This document shows positions 1 to 10,600 of a stretch of 64,000 nucleotides of DNA, piece after piece (the first letter of the stretch is position 1; the number at the start of each line of letters is the position of its first letter). The DNA is from an uncultured Anaerolineales bacterium (GTDB lineage: Bacteria > Chloroflexota > Anaerolineae > Epilineales > Epilineaceae). Where the stretch lies: contig CAZYVI010000016.1 of NCBI GenBank assembly GCA_964651245.1, positions 11,492-75,491 of the forward strand, written 5' to 3'. The notes under the pieces were generated by a model. That model was given only the letters and a program-made list of their open reading frames with translations, did not search any database and had not been told where the DNA came from. The translations under genes were made by a program, and so were the position numbers.

Positions 1-934
1 GGGCGAGGTCGTGGTGCCGTGGGACGACCATGGCGCCTGGAGCGCCGCCCGCACGACGCTGGCGCCCGCTCTCTTGACCGAGGCCGTGGCGTCGCCGGCC
101 GAACTGCCGGTGCGCTGGCGCGGCCTGGCCGCAGAGCGGCGCGCCGCCGCCGCGCTCGAGATGGCCGCGTGGGACGCCGCCGCCCGCCGCGCCGGCCTGC
201 CGTTCCATACCGTGCTCGGGATCGTGACGCGCCCCGTCGCCGTCGCCCAACGCCTCCACGGCGTGAGCGCGGCGGCGCTGGCCGAAGGCATCGATCGGGC
301 GCGGCGCGCGAACGTCGGTGCGGTCCACGTCCCGGCCCGTCCGAACGCCGACCGCCGTCTCCTGCCGGGGCTGGCGGCGGAGCTGTCGGGGCTGTGGTAC
401 GCCTTCGATCTGGACGCCGCGTATCGCATGGCGGACGTAGCCGCGCTGCGGGTGCTGGCCGACCTTCGTCCCGCCTTCCTGCACCGCGTGTTCGCCGCGG
501 ACGCCCTCGCCGACGTCCGCCACATGGGCCGCTGGCTCGACGTGCCGCTGTCCATCGGCGAGATCGGCGGGGCCGATGCGCTGGCCAACGCCCATGCGCT
601 GGGGGCGGCAGCCGTCGTCCAGGTGGACGTCGGCTGGGTGGGACCGTACGAGGCCCGCCGGATGCTCGAGCTGGCGTCCGCGCTCGGCGTCGCCGCCTGG
701 GTCGGCAGCCCGTCGCTCACGCCGATCGGCGCGCGCGCGTCGCTGGCGGTGGCCGCGTCGGCCGGCGCCGGCCTGCCGTGTGCGCCCGGCGACGGTTGGA
801 CGGCCTGGGAGTGCGTCGATGCGCTGGCATCCGACGGCACCTGGACGCCACCGCCCGGCGACGGCCTGGCGCTCGACCCGCCGACCGACTGGCTGGCGGC
901 GCACGAGGTGATCCACGAGCGGCTGCAGGCCTAG
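1..934 (+). CDS. Enolase-superfamily (mandelate racemase / muconate lactonizing enzyme-like) protein, C-terminal part; the 5' end lies upstream of the window
   Basis: Frame open from the window edge. The motif 'AAALEMAAWDAAARRAGLP' resembles the MR/MLE N-terminal capping-domain signature, and a TIM-barrel-like C-terminal region follows. Stop at 932-934. Confidence 0.55.
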   Translation, partial: GEVVVPWDDHGAWSAARTTLAPALLTEAVASPAELPVRWRGLAAERRAAAALEMAAWDAAARRAGLPFHTVLGIVTRPVAVAQRLHGVSAAALAEGIDRARRANVGAVHVPARPNADRRLLPGLAAELSGLWYAFDLDAAYRMADVAALRVLADLRPAFLHRVFAADALADVRHMGRWLDVPLSIGEIGGADALANAHALGAAAVVQVDVGWVGPYEARRMLELASALGVAAWVGSPSLTPIGARASLAVAASAGAGLPCAPGDGWTAWECVDALASDGTWTPPPGDGLALDPPTDWLAAHEVIHERLQA

Positions 935-1034
935 GCGCGGGACGCGCCGCCCCGCAACCCAGCCGGCGACCGCGGCCGTCCGGCCGACGACGTCGCGCTG
1001 GGCGGCAACGTGGCGCCGGGCGGCGACGATCGGC

Positions 1035-3863
1035 GTGGCGGGCAGCCTCGCCGGCGTGGCCGTGGCGGGCGCGATCCATCGACCGCCGGCCACGGCCGCC
1101 GCGTCGTCGGCGTCTCCCATCGTCGGTGCTGGACGATCCCCGCACGGCAACGCCGGACCGGCTTCGTCCCCGGCCGAGACGTCCGCGCCCATCGCCGCCG
1201 TCTGGGGCGTCACGGCGCCCGACGAGGATCCCGCGCGCGTCGCGGACGCGGCACGGGCGGGCGTCCGCCTCGTCCGATTCCGCGTCGACTGGGCCACGAT
1301 CGAGCCGGCGCCGGGGGCGTTCGAGGTGGCCGGCTGGGACGCGCTGGCCTCGGCAGCCCGCGCCGCCGGCGTCGGCCTCGTGGCGGTCGTCGACTCCGCG
1401 CCGGCGTGGGCGCGCCGCGACCCGCCGTGGCCGGCCGCGTGGTGGGTGTGCGACGAGCCGGCCGCCCTGGCGTCGCCGCCGTCGGCGCCGCCGACCGACG
1501 CGGCCGACCTGGCCCGCTTCGCGGCGCGCTTCGCCGAGCGCTACCGCGACGTGCTCGTCGCGCTCGAGGTCTGGCGCGAGCCCAACGTGCTGCCCCGTTG
1601 GCGGCGGACCGGCCCTGACCCCGAAGACTACGCCACGCTGCTGTGGGCGGTCACGGCTGCGGTCCGCCCCGCCGCGCCGGGCGTGCGCGTCGTCTCGGCG
1701 CCGCTGGCGCCGACCACGGACGTCGGCGTCTGCTACCTCTCTGACGTGGTGTACCTCGACCGCCTCGCGCGCACCGGCGCCCTGGCGGCGGTGGACGCGG
1801 TCGGCGTGGTGGCGGCCGGCTTCGGGCAGCCGCCGGACGCACCGGCGGGCGACCGCGAGGTCCTTAACGCGGCGCGGGTCGAGCTGCTGCGGCGCGTCGT
1901 CGCGCGCTTCGACGTCGACCGACCGCTGTGGGTCGTCGCCGACCCCGGCCCGACGTCCGACGGCGCCGCGCGCGACGACCTCGGGTGGTGGCGGGCGCTG
2001 CGACGGCGGTCCGATGCCGGGTGGCCGTTCGCGGCAGCCGTGTTCGCCGGCGTCGCGTCCGCACCGCCCGCGGCTGGCGGAGCCTGGGCCGACCGGCTGG
2101 CCGCGGCCGCCGGCGGGCCGCCGCCGGCGACGCTGCCGGCGGCCCGCCCGCCGGCCGAGGCGTCGATGCGGCCGCCGCGCGCGGGCTCGGCGCGGATCGT
2201 GCGGCCGTGGCCGACCGGGCCGGCCAGGCACTGGGCGCTGGGCGTCGCCCTGGTTTTGGCGGCGGGAGCCGCCGCCCTCGGCGCGCGCGCCGCTGCCGGG
2301 TGGCTCGGCCGCGTGGCCGCGACGCGCCCGCGCGGGCGCGCGAGGGTCCAGGGTTGGCTCGCCCAGCCCGACCGGCTCTGGCCGGGCGCCCTCGCCCTCG
2401 TCACGCTGGCCGTGGTCGACACCGTGTGGCCGTGGCCGGCGAACGCCCCGCTCGTGCCCCTGATGGTCGCCGTCGCCGCGCGCTGGCCACGATCGGCGCT
2501 GGCGACGATCGCCGGCGCGGCGCCGTTCGCGTTCGCCAGCTACCGCTTCGGCGTCGCGCCGCGGCTCGGCCCGCTGGCGGTCAACCCGGTCGAGCTGGCG
2601 ATCGCCGTGGCGCTGGGAGGTCACGCGGTACGAGCGTGGCTCGCCCGCGCGGTCGACGTCGGGCTCGACGGCGCGCCGCGCCGCGCGCGCCGGCCCATCG
2701 ACGCCCTGGACGCGGGCGTCGTCGCCGTCGTGAGCTGGGCCGCGCTCAGCCCGCTGTGGGCCGAGGAGCCGGTACTGGCCGTGCGCGAATGGCGCACCGT
2801 GGTGCTGGGACCGGCGCTGTACTACGGCCTGCTGCGGTCGTGGCCGGACCGTCGGTCCGCGGCGGGCGCGGCCTGGGTGGGGCTGGTGGCCGGGGCGGTG
2901 GTGGCCGCGGCGTGGGGCCTGGCCGGCGCCGCGGCGCACGCCCTGGGCTGGTCGGCGGCCGCTGTGCAGGCCGAGGGCGTGCTGCGGGCGAGCGGCCCGT
3001 ACAACTCGCCCAACAACCTGGCGCTGATCGCCGGCCGCGCGGCGATCGGCCTGGCGTCGGCCGGGTTGTGGCGGGCGACCGACCGCCGCGGCGGCGGCGC
3101 GCCGGCGCCACTGCGGCCGGCCGCCGAGCGGTCGGCGGGCTGGCGGTGGGCGCGGCTCGCCGCGTGGCTGGCCGGGACCGTCGTGTCGTTGGGCCTGATC
3201 GCCACGTTCAGCCGGGGCACGATCCTGGTCGGCCTGCCGGTGTCACTGGTCTGGCTCGTCTGGCTGGCCGGCCGCGGCCGACTGCGGCGGCGCGTGCTGG
3301 CGGCGGCGGCGGCCGTCGTCGCCGCCGTCGCCTTGGCGCTGCTCCCCTTCGCGCGCACCGAGCGCGTAACGGAGTCGTTCGCGCTTCGGCCCGGGACAAC
3401 GCTGTACTACCGGGTTCGGCTGTGGCAGTCCGCCTGGCGCATGGGGCTCGACCACCCGGTGCTGGGCGTCGGGCTCGACAACTTCATGGGCCTCTACCGC
3501 GATCGCTACGTCCAGCGCGACGTTGCCCAGGAGCGCTTCCTAAGCCACCCCCACAACGCGCCGCTGGACTGGTGGACGCGACTGGGCCTGCCGGGCCTCG
3601 CCCTGTTCGCGGCCTGGCTGGTGGCGTTCGCGCGCCGCGCGGCGCGGGGCGCGCGGACGATGGACGCCGGCGGCGGGACGCTGTGGGCGGCCGGCGTGGG
3701 CGCGCTCGTCTACGGCCTGGCCCACGGCGTGCTCGACAACCACTTCTTCCTGGTCGACCTGGCGCTCTACACCTGGACGGCGCAGGCCATGGTGCTGGCG
3801 TCGCTCGACGCGGCGCCCGATGTGGGCCCACCAGGATTCGAACCTGGGACCAACCGGTTATGA
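1035..3863 (+). CDS. Fusion membrane protein with an N-terminal glycoside-hydrolase-like (TIM-barrel, 'VRFRVDWATIEP') domain and a C-terminal multi-TM O-antigen ligase / Wzy_C (PglL/WaaL-like) domain
   Basis: Roughly 940-aa ORF. The N-terminal motifs 'RLVRFRVDWATIEPAPGAFEV...GLVAVVDSAPAW' are typical of GH5/GH42-like clans. More than 10 TM helices follow, with 'ATFSRGTILVGL...YYRVRLWQSAWRMGLDHPVLGVGLDNF...SHPHNAPLDWW', typical of Wzy_C. The start is uncertain (GTG at 1035). The 3' end runs antisense into tRNA-Met. Confidence 0.6.
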   Translation: MAGSLAGVAVAGAIHRPPATAAASSASPIVGAGRSPHGNAGPASSPAETSAPIAAVWGVTAPDEDPARVADAARAGVRLVRFRVDWATIEPAPGAFEVAGWDALASAARAAGVGLVAVVDSAPAWARRDPPWPAAWWVCDEPAALASPPSAPPTDAADLARFAARFAERYRDVLVALEVWREPNVLPRWRRTGPDPEDYATLLWAVTAAVRPAAPGVRVVSAPLAPTTDVGVCYLSDVVYLDRLARTGALAAVDAVGVVAAGFGQPPDAPAGDREVLNAARVELLRRVVARFDVDRPLWVVADPGPTSDGAARDDLGWWRALRRRSDAGWPFAAAVFAGVASAPPAAGGAWADRLAAAAGGPPPATLPAARPPAEASMRPPRAGSARIVRPWPTGPARHWALGVALVLAAGAAALGARAAAGWLGRVAATRPRGRARVQGWLAQPDRLWPGALALVTLAVVDTVWPWPANAPLVPLMVAVAARWPRSALATIAGAAPFAFASYRFGVAPRLGPLAVNPVELAIAVALGGHAVRAWLARAVDVGLDGAPRRARRPIDALDAGVVAVVSWAALSPLWAEEPVLAVREWRTVVLGPALYYGLLRSWPDRRSAAGAAWVGLVAGAVVAAAWGLAGAAAHALGWSAAAVQAEGVLRASGPYNSPNNLALIAGRAAIGLASAGLWRATDRRGGGAPAPLRPAAERSAGWRWARLAAWLAGTVVSLGLIATFSRGTILVGLPVSLVWLVWLAGRGRLRRRVLAAAAAVVAAVALALLPFARTERVTESFALRPGTTLYYRVRLWQSAWRMGLDHPVLGVGLDNFMGLYRDRYVQRDVAQERFLSHPHNAPLDWWTRLGLPGLALFAAWLVAFARRAARGARTMDAGGGTLWAAGVGALVYGLAHGVLDNHFFLVDLALYTWTAQAMVLASLDAAPDVGPPGFEPGTNRL

Positions 3864-3894
3864 GCCGGCTGCTCTCACCGCTGAGCTATAGGCC
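3822..3894 (-). tRNA. tRNA-Met (anticodon CAT; elongator Met or tRNA-Ile2-type). The 3' CCA is not encoded
   Basis: The reverse complement reads GGGCCTATAGCTCAGCGGT...GCCGGCTCATAACCGG...GGTTCGAATCC...TGGGCCCA. It has a 7-bp acceptor stem, D- and T-loops, and an anticodon loop CT-CAT-AA. Confidence 0.85.
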
Positions 3895-3920
3895 CGCGCC
3901 GCGCCGGCGGTGGGTGCGAT

Positions 3921-3992
<72 letters not shown>

Positions 3993-4020
3993 CGAACCCG
4001 GTCGGCACGCACCCACTCCA

Positions 4021-4097
<77 letters not shown>

Positions 4098-4107
4098 CGG
4101 CGGACCG

Positions 4108-4113
4108 ATTATA
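4108..4113 (-). promoter_or_regulatory. Candidate -10 element (TATAAT) for the tRNA-Pro/Gly/Met transcription unit
   Basis: The minus strand reads '...gccgcccTATAATcggtccgccgtc|GGGGCGTG(tRNA)'. The hexamer ends about 10 nt upstream of the mature tRNA 5' end. It matches the cTAtAaT-CGcc motif seen before other operons in this window. No convincing -35 was found. Confidence 0.4.
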
Positions 4114-4153
4114 GGGCGGCCGCCGGTCGCCGGCCAGCCCCTGTCGCCGGCCC

Positions 4154-7100
4154 TCAGGGCCGCCGGCGCGGCCAGTCCAGGTTGGCGCATGCGATCGTGC
4201 GGGCCACGGCGGCGTAGATGCCGGCCAGCTGGGATGGGTCCGGTGCCTCGAAGAAGTCGCCCGGGCTCGTGGCCAACTGCGTGAGCAGCGCGTAGTCGAG
4301 CTCGGTCGGGCTGCCGAGCCCGATCACGAAGAGCCGCGCCACCTGGGACTTGACCCGATCGGCCTGGACCACGATCGCGGCGTCGTCGATCTCGCTCTCG
4401 CCGTCGGTGAGCAGGACGACGGCCCGGGTGTGGTCCGGCGCGGCGCTCGGCCCGGTGAGCTCGTCGTACGCGGCGCTGAGACCGAGGTCGAGCCGCGTGC
4501 CAGCCGCTGTCTGCAGGCCGGCCAACTGGGTGAGCAGGAGCGCCTGGTCGCCGGTCATCGGCTGCACCAGGGTCGCCTCGCGGTTGAAGGCCACGATCGA
4601 GGCGCGGTCGCTGGGTCGCATCCGCTCGATGAGGGCCGCCGCCGCCGACACCGCCGCCGCCAGGCGCGTCGGACCGCCCTCGTGCACCGGCTCGGCCATG
4701 CTGCCCGAGTTGTCCATGACGATGACGACGTCGGTGGCGATGTCGGCCGACTCGCACGACTGGCGCAGCGTGATGGGCAGGTAGACCGGCACGGGGATCG
4801 CTGTCGCGGTCGGGCGCGGCGTCACGGTCGGCAGCGGCGTGAAGGTCGGGGTGACCGTGGGCTCGACGTCGAGCACCGCCACGATCGGGACCGGAAAGCG
4901 CAGCTGTCCTGGCCGGGCGAGCCCGTCGACGAACACGGCGTGGGCCTCGACGTTCGTGGGCCGCTGGCCGCGCGCGAGGGGCTCGACGGTATAGGCGAGT
5001 CGGACGCCGCCGAACGGCACGTCGACGAGGTCCCAGCGCAGCGTGCGGCCGGCGACGACGGGCGCCGGGCCCGCCACGGACGCGACATAACGCATGTCGG
5101 CCGGCAGCTCGTCGGTGATCGAGAGCGACCGGGCGAGGACGTCGGCTGTCAGCCGGTTGGCGATCTCGGTGTAGATGGCGGTCAGGGTGTCGGCCGAGGC
5201 GGCGATGTAGGCGTCCTCGGGCGTCGAGGCGGCCAGCGTCATGACCATCGGATCGACCTCGCCGAAGCCGATCGTGAAGATCTGGGCGCCGGCCTGCTTG
5301 GCGGCCGCCGCCGCCAGCAACGTCTCGTCCGGGCCGCGGCTCGGCCGCCCGTCGGTCAACACGATGACGACGGGCTTGGCGTCGTCGCGGCCCCGCGGCC
5401 CGAACAGCTCGGCCGCCGCCGCCTCGATGGCCTGGGCGATATCGGTGCCGCCGAGCGGCTGGAGGGCCGCGATGGCCGCCCGCGCGGCCGAGGGATCGTT
5501 CGTCAGCGGCTGGACCAGCGCGGCCGTGTTGTTGAAGGCCACCACCGCCACCCGGTCTTCGGCGAGGTCGATCGCGTCCAGGAAGGCCGTCGCCGCCGCG
5601 CGCGTGGCCGTGATGCCGTTGCCCTCGGTCATCGAGAACGAGCGATCGATGGCCAGCACGATGTCCGCCCGGGGCAGGGTGTTGGGGCACTCGCCGCCGA
5701 CGAGCAGCTCGACCGTGACCTGGCCGCCAAGCCGCAGGCTGGCCGGCGCGGCGCGCTTGTCGCCCCGCACCCGGCACGCCCCGCCGCGCGCTTGCGGCGG
5801 CTCGCCGCTGCCGTCCGGATCGCGCTCCCAGACGCGCACGGTGTGGCCGGCGCGGTCGAGGGTGTAGACGCGCCCGGCGCCGTCGACGGTCAGGTCGACG
5901 ATGTCGGTGCCGCTGGCCGAGAACGCGCCGGCGTCCCAGGCCGAGCGGGCAACGCCGTCCGCGGCCAGCTTCCAGACCAGGCCCTCGGTCGTCAGCACGT
6001 ACAGCGCGCCCGCGGCGTCGACGCTGACGCGGGTCGGCACGCCGTCGATCGGCCAGCGGGCGATGCGCGCGCCGGCCTCGAATACGTCGACGGTGTGCCC
6101 GGTGCGGTTCACGGCGTACAGCCGTTCCGGCTGACCCGCGGCCGCTGGGCGGCGCGCCACGTCCCAGTACAGCTGCCAGGGCTCGTCGGCCGCCAACAGT
6201 GGGAAGCCGCCCGCCGGGCGGAGCGTCGTCGTCAAGCCGACGTCGCGGGCCATGGCGTAGGCGCCGTCTGCCGCGCTCAGTCGGGTGTCGTCGGCCTGCA
6301 GCGACAGGCCGGTGACCCACCAGCGCCGGCCGGTCGGCCCGAGCTGCAGCGTGGCCTCGACGGCGCCCGCCGCGGTGAGCCGATGGAGGCGGCTCAGCTC
6401 CGCCGTCACCAGCCGCCCATCGCGCTGGACGCCCAGGTCGACCGCCGGCTGCGGCAGCGCCAGCTGGCCGCCGGCGCGGCCGTCGGCGCCGAACCACTGC
6501 GCCCGGGGCCAGGCGTCGGCGACCCAGATCGCCCCGTCCGGCGCGGCGGTGATCGCCGCCGGCTGGTGGAGACGCCCCAGCGGGTAGCCGGTCAGCCGCC
6601 ACGGCGTCGCCACCGCGCCCTCGCGCGGCCGCCACGGGAAGCGGACGATGCCGTGGAACTGCGTGCTCGGTCGGGCCGACGAGGCGTAGACGCCGAACGC
6701 CGACGCCACCGCCAACCCCTGCAGGCCGTCGTAGTACAGCGCCGCCGTCGAAGCGGCCTTGCCGCTCTCGAACCAGTAGACGACGTCGCTGGCCATGATG
6801 TAGAGATCGCCGCGCTCGTCGAGCGCCGCCTCGAGCGGCGGCCGCGGCACGGCCTGGCGCGCCACCTCGCGTCCGGTGGCGTCGTGCACCGTCACGAGGT
6901 TGGCGCCCGTCTGGGCGACGACCAGCCGGCCGTCGGGCGCGAACGAAACACCGGTCGGCCGCGCCAGGCCTGACAACCGCGCCACGGCGTTCGCGGTCGC
7001 GTCGAACACCGTGACCGTCCCCCGCTCTGGCTGGCTGACGGCGACGCGCCCGGCGGCCGCGGCCACGCCCCAAGGCGACTGCAGCTCCTCGGAGCGCCAC

Positions 7101-7540
7101 TGCGCCACCGGGGCGCCGGAGGCGTCGAACACGAGCACGGCCGGCCGGCCCGGATCGGTGACGTACACCCGCTCGCCGCTCGCCGCGACGTCGCGCGGGG
7201 CGCGGAAGTCGGCGTCGCCGCCCCCGCGCTGTCCCCACGCCGACACGAACGCGCCGTCGGTCGTGAACGACTGCACCCGGCCGTTGCCACGGTCGACGAC
7301 CCAGACCCGACCCGCCGCCAGGTCTACGCCGCCCGGGTCGAGCAACGACCCGGGTGCACCGACGCCCTCGCCCAGCCAGGTGTCGACCAGGCGGTAGGAC
7401 TCGGGCAGGTTCGGGCCCTGGGCCCGGGCCGCGCCGCCCGCCAGCCGCACGGCCAGCACGCCGAGGCCGAGCAAGGCTGCGGCGGCGACGGACGTGCCGG
7501 CGCGTCGGCGGGCCGTGGTCGTGGATCGGACGTGGCGCAT
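4154..7540 (-). CDS. Secreted NHL-repeat beta-propeller protein with two vWA domains (paralog 1)
   Basis: ATG at 7540 is preceded by GGGAGG. The signal peptide is '[40 protein letters not shown]'. NHL-like repeats follow ('[18 protein letters not shown]'), then '[11 protein letters not shown]...GGECP...[11 protein letters not shown]' (MIDAS DxSxS) and a Pro/Thr linker '[26 protein letters not shown]'. The second vWA is '[11 protein letters not shown]...TDGESE'. The protein ends '...[12 protein letters not shown]'. Confidence 0.8.
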   Translation of the reverse strand: MRHVRSTTTARRRAGTSVAAAALLGLGVLAVRLAGGAARAQGPNLPESYRLVDTWLGEGVGAPGSLLDPGGVDLAAGRVWVVDRGNGRVQSFTTDGAFVSAWGQRGGGDADFRAPRDVAASGERVYVTDPGRPAVLVFDASGAPVAQWRSEELQSPWGVAAAAGRVAVSQPERGTVTVFDATANAVARLSGLARPTGVSFAPDGRLVVAQTGANLVTVHDATGREVARQAVPRPPLEAALDERGDLYIMASDVVYWFESGKAASTAALYYDGLQGLAVASAFGVYASSARPSTQFHGIVRFPWRPREGAVATPWRLTGYPLGRLHQPAAITAAPDGAIWVADAWPRAQWFGADGRAGGQLALPQPAVDLGVQRDGRLVTAELSRLHRLTAAGAVEATLQLGPTGRRWWVTGLSLQADDTRLSAADGAYAMARDVGLTTTLRPAGGFPLLAADEPWQLYWDVARRPAAAGQPERLYAVNRTGHTVDVFEAGARIARWPIDGVPTRVSVDAAGALYVLTTEGLVWKLAADGVARSAWDAGAFSASGTDIVDLTVDGAGRVYTLDRAGHTVRVWERDPDGSGEPPQARGGACRVRGDKRAAPASLRLGGQVTVELLVGGECPNTLPRADIVLAIDRSFSMTEGNGITATRAAATAFLDAIDLAEDRVAVVAFNNTAALVQPLTNDPSAARAAIAALQPLGGTDIAQAIEAAAAELFGPRGRDDAKPVVIVLTDGRPSRGPDETLLAAAAAKQAGAQIFTIGFGEVDPMVMTLAASTPEDAYIAASADTLTAIYTEIANRLTADVLARSLSITDELPADMRYVASVAGPAPVVAGRTLRWDLVDVPFGGVRLAYTVEPLARGQRPTNVEAHAVFVDGLARPGQLRFPVPIVAVLDVEPTVTPTFTPLPTVTPRPTATAIPVPVYLPITLRQSCESADIATDVVIVMDNSGSMAEPVHEGGPTRLAAAVSAAAALIERMRPSDRASIVAFNREATLVQPMTGDQALLLTQLAGLQTAAGTRLDLGLSAAYDELTGPSAAPDHTRAVVLLTDGESEIDDAAIVVQADRVKSQVARLFVIGLGSPTELDYALLTQLATSPGDFFEAPDPSQLAGIYAAVARTIACANLDWPRRRP

Positions 7541-7662
7541 GTCAGAGCCTCCCACCCCGCAGGGTGCGCGCAAGTCGGCAGTTGGGAGCGCGGCCGAGCG
7601 ACCGCCACCGGCCGACGCAGAGTCTATCGACACCACCGCGGCCGAGCCAGGTTCAGGGCGGG

Positions 7663-10600
7663 CTACGGCGTCCGGCGGTCGCACGGCAGATCGCGGGCGA
7701 TGGAACGGAAGATGCGCTCGAGGTCCTCGGCGTCCGGCGCGAGCAGCAGCTGCGTGGGTCGCGAGGCCACCCGCTGCAGCAGCGCCGCGTCGACGTCGTC
7801 GCCGAGGCCGATGGCGTACACCTCGGCGCCGGTCGCGCGCAGCGCGGCGGCCTGGGCGGCCACCGCGTCGGCCGTCGTGCCCGTCGGGCGTCCGTCCGTC
7901 AAGACGACGGCGGCGCGCAGGACGTCCGAGCCGCTCGGGCCGCCGGCCAGCGCGGCGGCGGCACTCACCAGACCGAGGTCGAGGCGCGTGCCGGCGCCGA
8001 CCTGGAGGCCCGCGAGCGCCGCGTCCAGCCGGCCGCGGTCGGCGGTGAACGGCTGGGCGAGCCGCGCCGTGTGGTCGAACTGGACCAGCGCGGCCTCGTC
8101 GCGGCCGAGCTCGAGGGCGTCCAGCAGCGTCCGCGCCGCGGCCACGGCCGCCTCGAGCTTCGTCCGGCCGGCGCGGGTCAGGGCGGTCATGCTCGACGAC
8201 GTGTCGAGGGCGAGTACGACGGCCAGCCGCGCGCGGGTCGGCTCGCAGCCGCGCGCCGCGACCGGCAGATAGATCGGCCGCGGCACCGGCGTCGGTCGGG
8301 GCGTCCCCGTCGTCGTCGGCGTCGCGGTGGGCGTCGCGCTCGGGCGCGCCGTCGTCGTTGCGGTCGGGGCCACGACCTCGACGACCGGCACCGGGAACAC
8401 GACGCGCCCCGGCGCGCCGAGGCCGTCGTTGCCCTCGGCCACCGCGACGACGTTCGTCGGATGGACGCCGGTCTCGGTCGGCTCGAGCTCGTAGCGCAGC
8501 TCAGTCCCGGTGAGCGGCACGTCGGCCAGTCGCCAGACGAGCCGCGGGCCGTCGATGGCGGGTGCCGGTTGGCCGGAGCCGTCGACGTAGCGCATGTTGG
8601 CGGGCACCTCGTCGACGACGGTGACGCTGCGGAACAGCACGCTGGCGGCGAGACGCTCGGCGATGCCGCGGTAGATGGCCTCAAGCGCCGCCGCGTCCGG
8701 CGCGAACGCGTAGTCGCCGGGCGACGAGGCCAGGTCGCGCAGCAGCGGCTCGTTGACGCCCGCGCCGAAGCCGACGGTGAAGATGCGCCCGCCCTCGAGC
8801 TTGGTGAGCTCCGCCTCGCGCTGCGCCGTCTGCGCGTCCGAGCCGCCGTCGGTCAGCAGCACGACCACCGCGTTCGCCTGTGGCCGCCGGCGTGGACCGG
8901 TGAGTTCCTGGCGGGCCGCCGTCAGGGCGCGCGCGATATCGGTGCCACCGCCGGCCTGGAGGCCGGCCACCGCCGCGACCACGGCCGCCGGGTTCGACGT
9001 CAGCGGCACCTCGAGCGTGGCGTCCTGGTTGAACGCCACCAGGGCTGTCCGCGCCTCGACGACATCGATCGCGGCCAGGAACGCCGTGGCCGCGGCCTTG
9101 GCGGCGTCCAACTTGGCGCCGATCATCGAGCCCGAGACGTCGAGAACGAGGACGATGTCGGTCGCCGACCGCACCGGCGGGCAGTCGCCGTCGATCTGCA
9201 GCGTGACCGTGGTGCGCTCGCCGAGGACGAGCCGGGTCGGCAGCGCCCGCTTGTCGCCGCGGGGCGCGCAGCGGGGCTCGAACGACGGCACGTCGCCCGG
9301 CGCGGCGGCCGGATCCGGCTGCCACACGGTCACCTCGTCGGCGGCGCTGTCGACGACGACGACCCGGCCCCGGGCGTCGACCGTGAGGTCGGTCGGCGTC
9401 GACGGTGCGCCGTCGCGCGCGACGCGCCACACGGCGCGCAGCGCACCGCTGTCGTCGTAGCGCCACACCCAGCCGTGACGGTTGAGCACGTAACCGTTGC
9501 CCGCGTCGTCCGAGGCCACCCGCAGCGGCTGGCCGGGCACCGTCCACGCCGACTCAAGCCCGAAGTCACCGCCGCGGCGCCATTCGATCGTGCCCGCGGT
9601 CCGGTTCACGACCCACCAGCCCCCAGGTCGAGGCGCGAGGTCCCACAGCGCCGTGAACACGCCGGGCGCCGACTGGAACGAGGTCGACCCTGCCGGCCCG
9701 CCGCCGGCGTCGAACCGCTCGAGGCGCTGCCGGCCGACGTCGAGAACCGTCGCCGCGCCGTCGGCCGCGTCGACGTGGAGGGCCCGCGCCCACGGCACGC
9801 CCCCCGTCGCCGGCAGCGGCGCGCGCCAGCGCAGCGAGCCGTCGGTGCCGATCCGCTCCACCTGCGCGTCGCGGACCACGACCACGCCGTCGGCCGTCGC
9901 GGCGACGTCGTTGACGTCGCCGATCGGCGCCTGGTCGACCGGTTGCCCGTCGAGGTCGTAGTGCTGCGCGCGGCGCCATCGGTCCACGATCCGGAGCCCG
10001 TCGCGCCCGGCGACGAGCATCGGCTGGTCCAGCAGGCCGAGCGGCACGGGCACCGTGCCCCACTCGTCGATCAGCTGCGTCCCGCGCCACACCCGGACCC
10101 CGTGCAGCGGCCGGGTGTCGTCGCGCAGCGACGTGAACACCGTGCCGTCGGCCGCGACGGCGACGCCGGCGATGCCCGCAGCCGGCAGCCGCGCCATCCG
10201 CGCCGGCAGGCCGGGCGACGTGTCGCGACTGACGGCCGCGTCTGGCCGGCCAGCAGCGCCCGACTCGGTCGACCAGAGCGTGCCGTTGGGCGCCACGACC
10301 ACGTCGTGGACGGCGGCGCCCAGCGGACCGCTCGAGTCGATGGCGACGCCCGCGGCGTCGAACACCGAGAGCCGCTGGTTGCCCGTGTTGGCGACGACGA
10401 TGCGCCCGTCCGGCAGCACCGCCAACCCCTCGGGACGGTTGAGCGCGTCCCCGCCGCCGAACACGCCCCACGTCGCGCGCCGCTCGCCGCCGGCGCCGAA
10501 GACGGCGATGCGGCTGGCGCGGTTCTCGCTGACGAACACGGTCCGTCCGTCGGGCGAGGTGGCCACGCCCCACGGGCCCGCCAGGCCGCTCCAGGCGCCC

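Noticed and set aside
19-2463. 814-aa Arg-rich ORF on the plus strand (and similar ORFs 1928-3922, 4074-7238, 4430-6973, 7354-11064, 13607-15955, 16150-17742, 16161-17822)
   Set aside because: These are alternative-frame or antisense shadows of the real CDSs. They have extreme Arg/Gly/Pro composition, no start context, and they overlap genes with clear homology.
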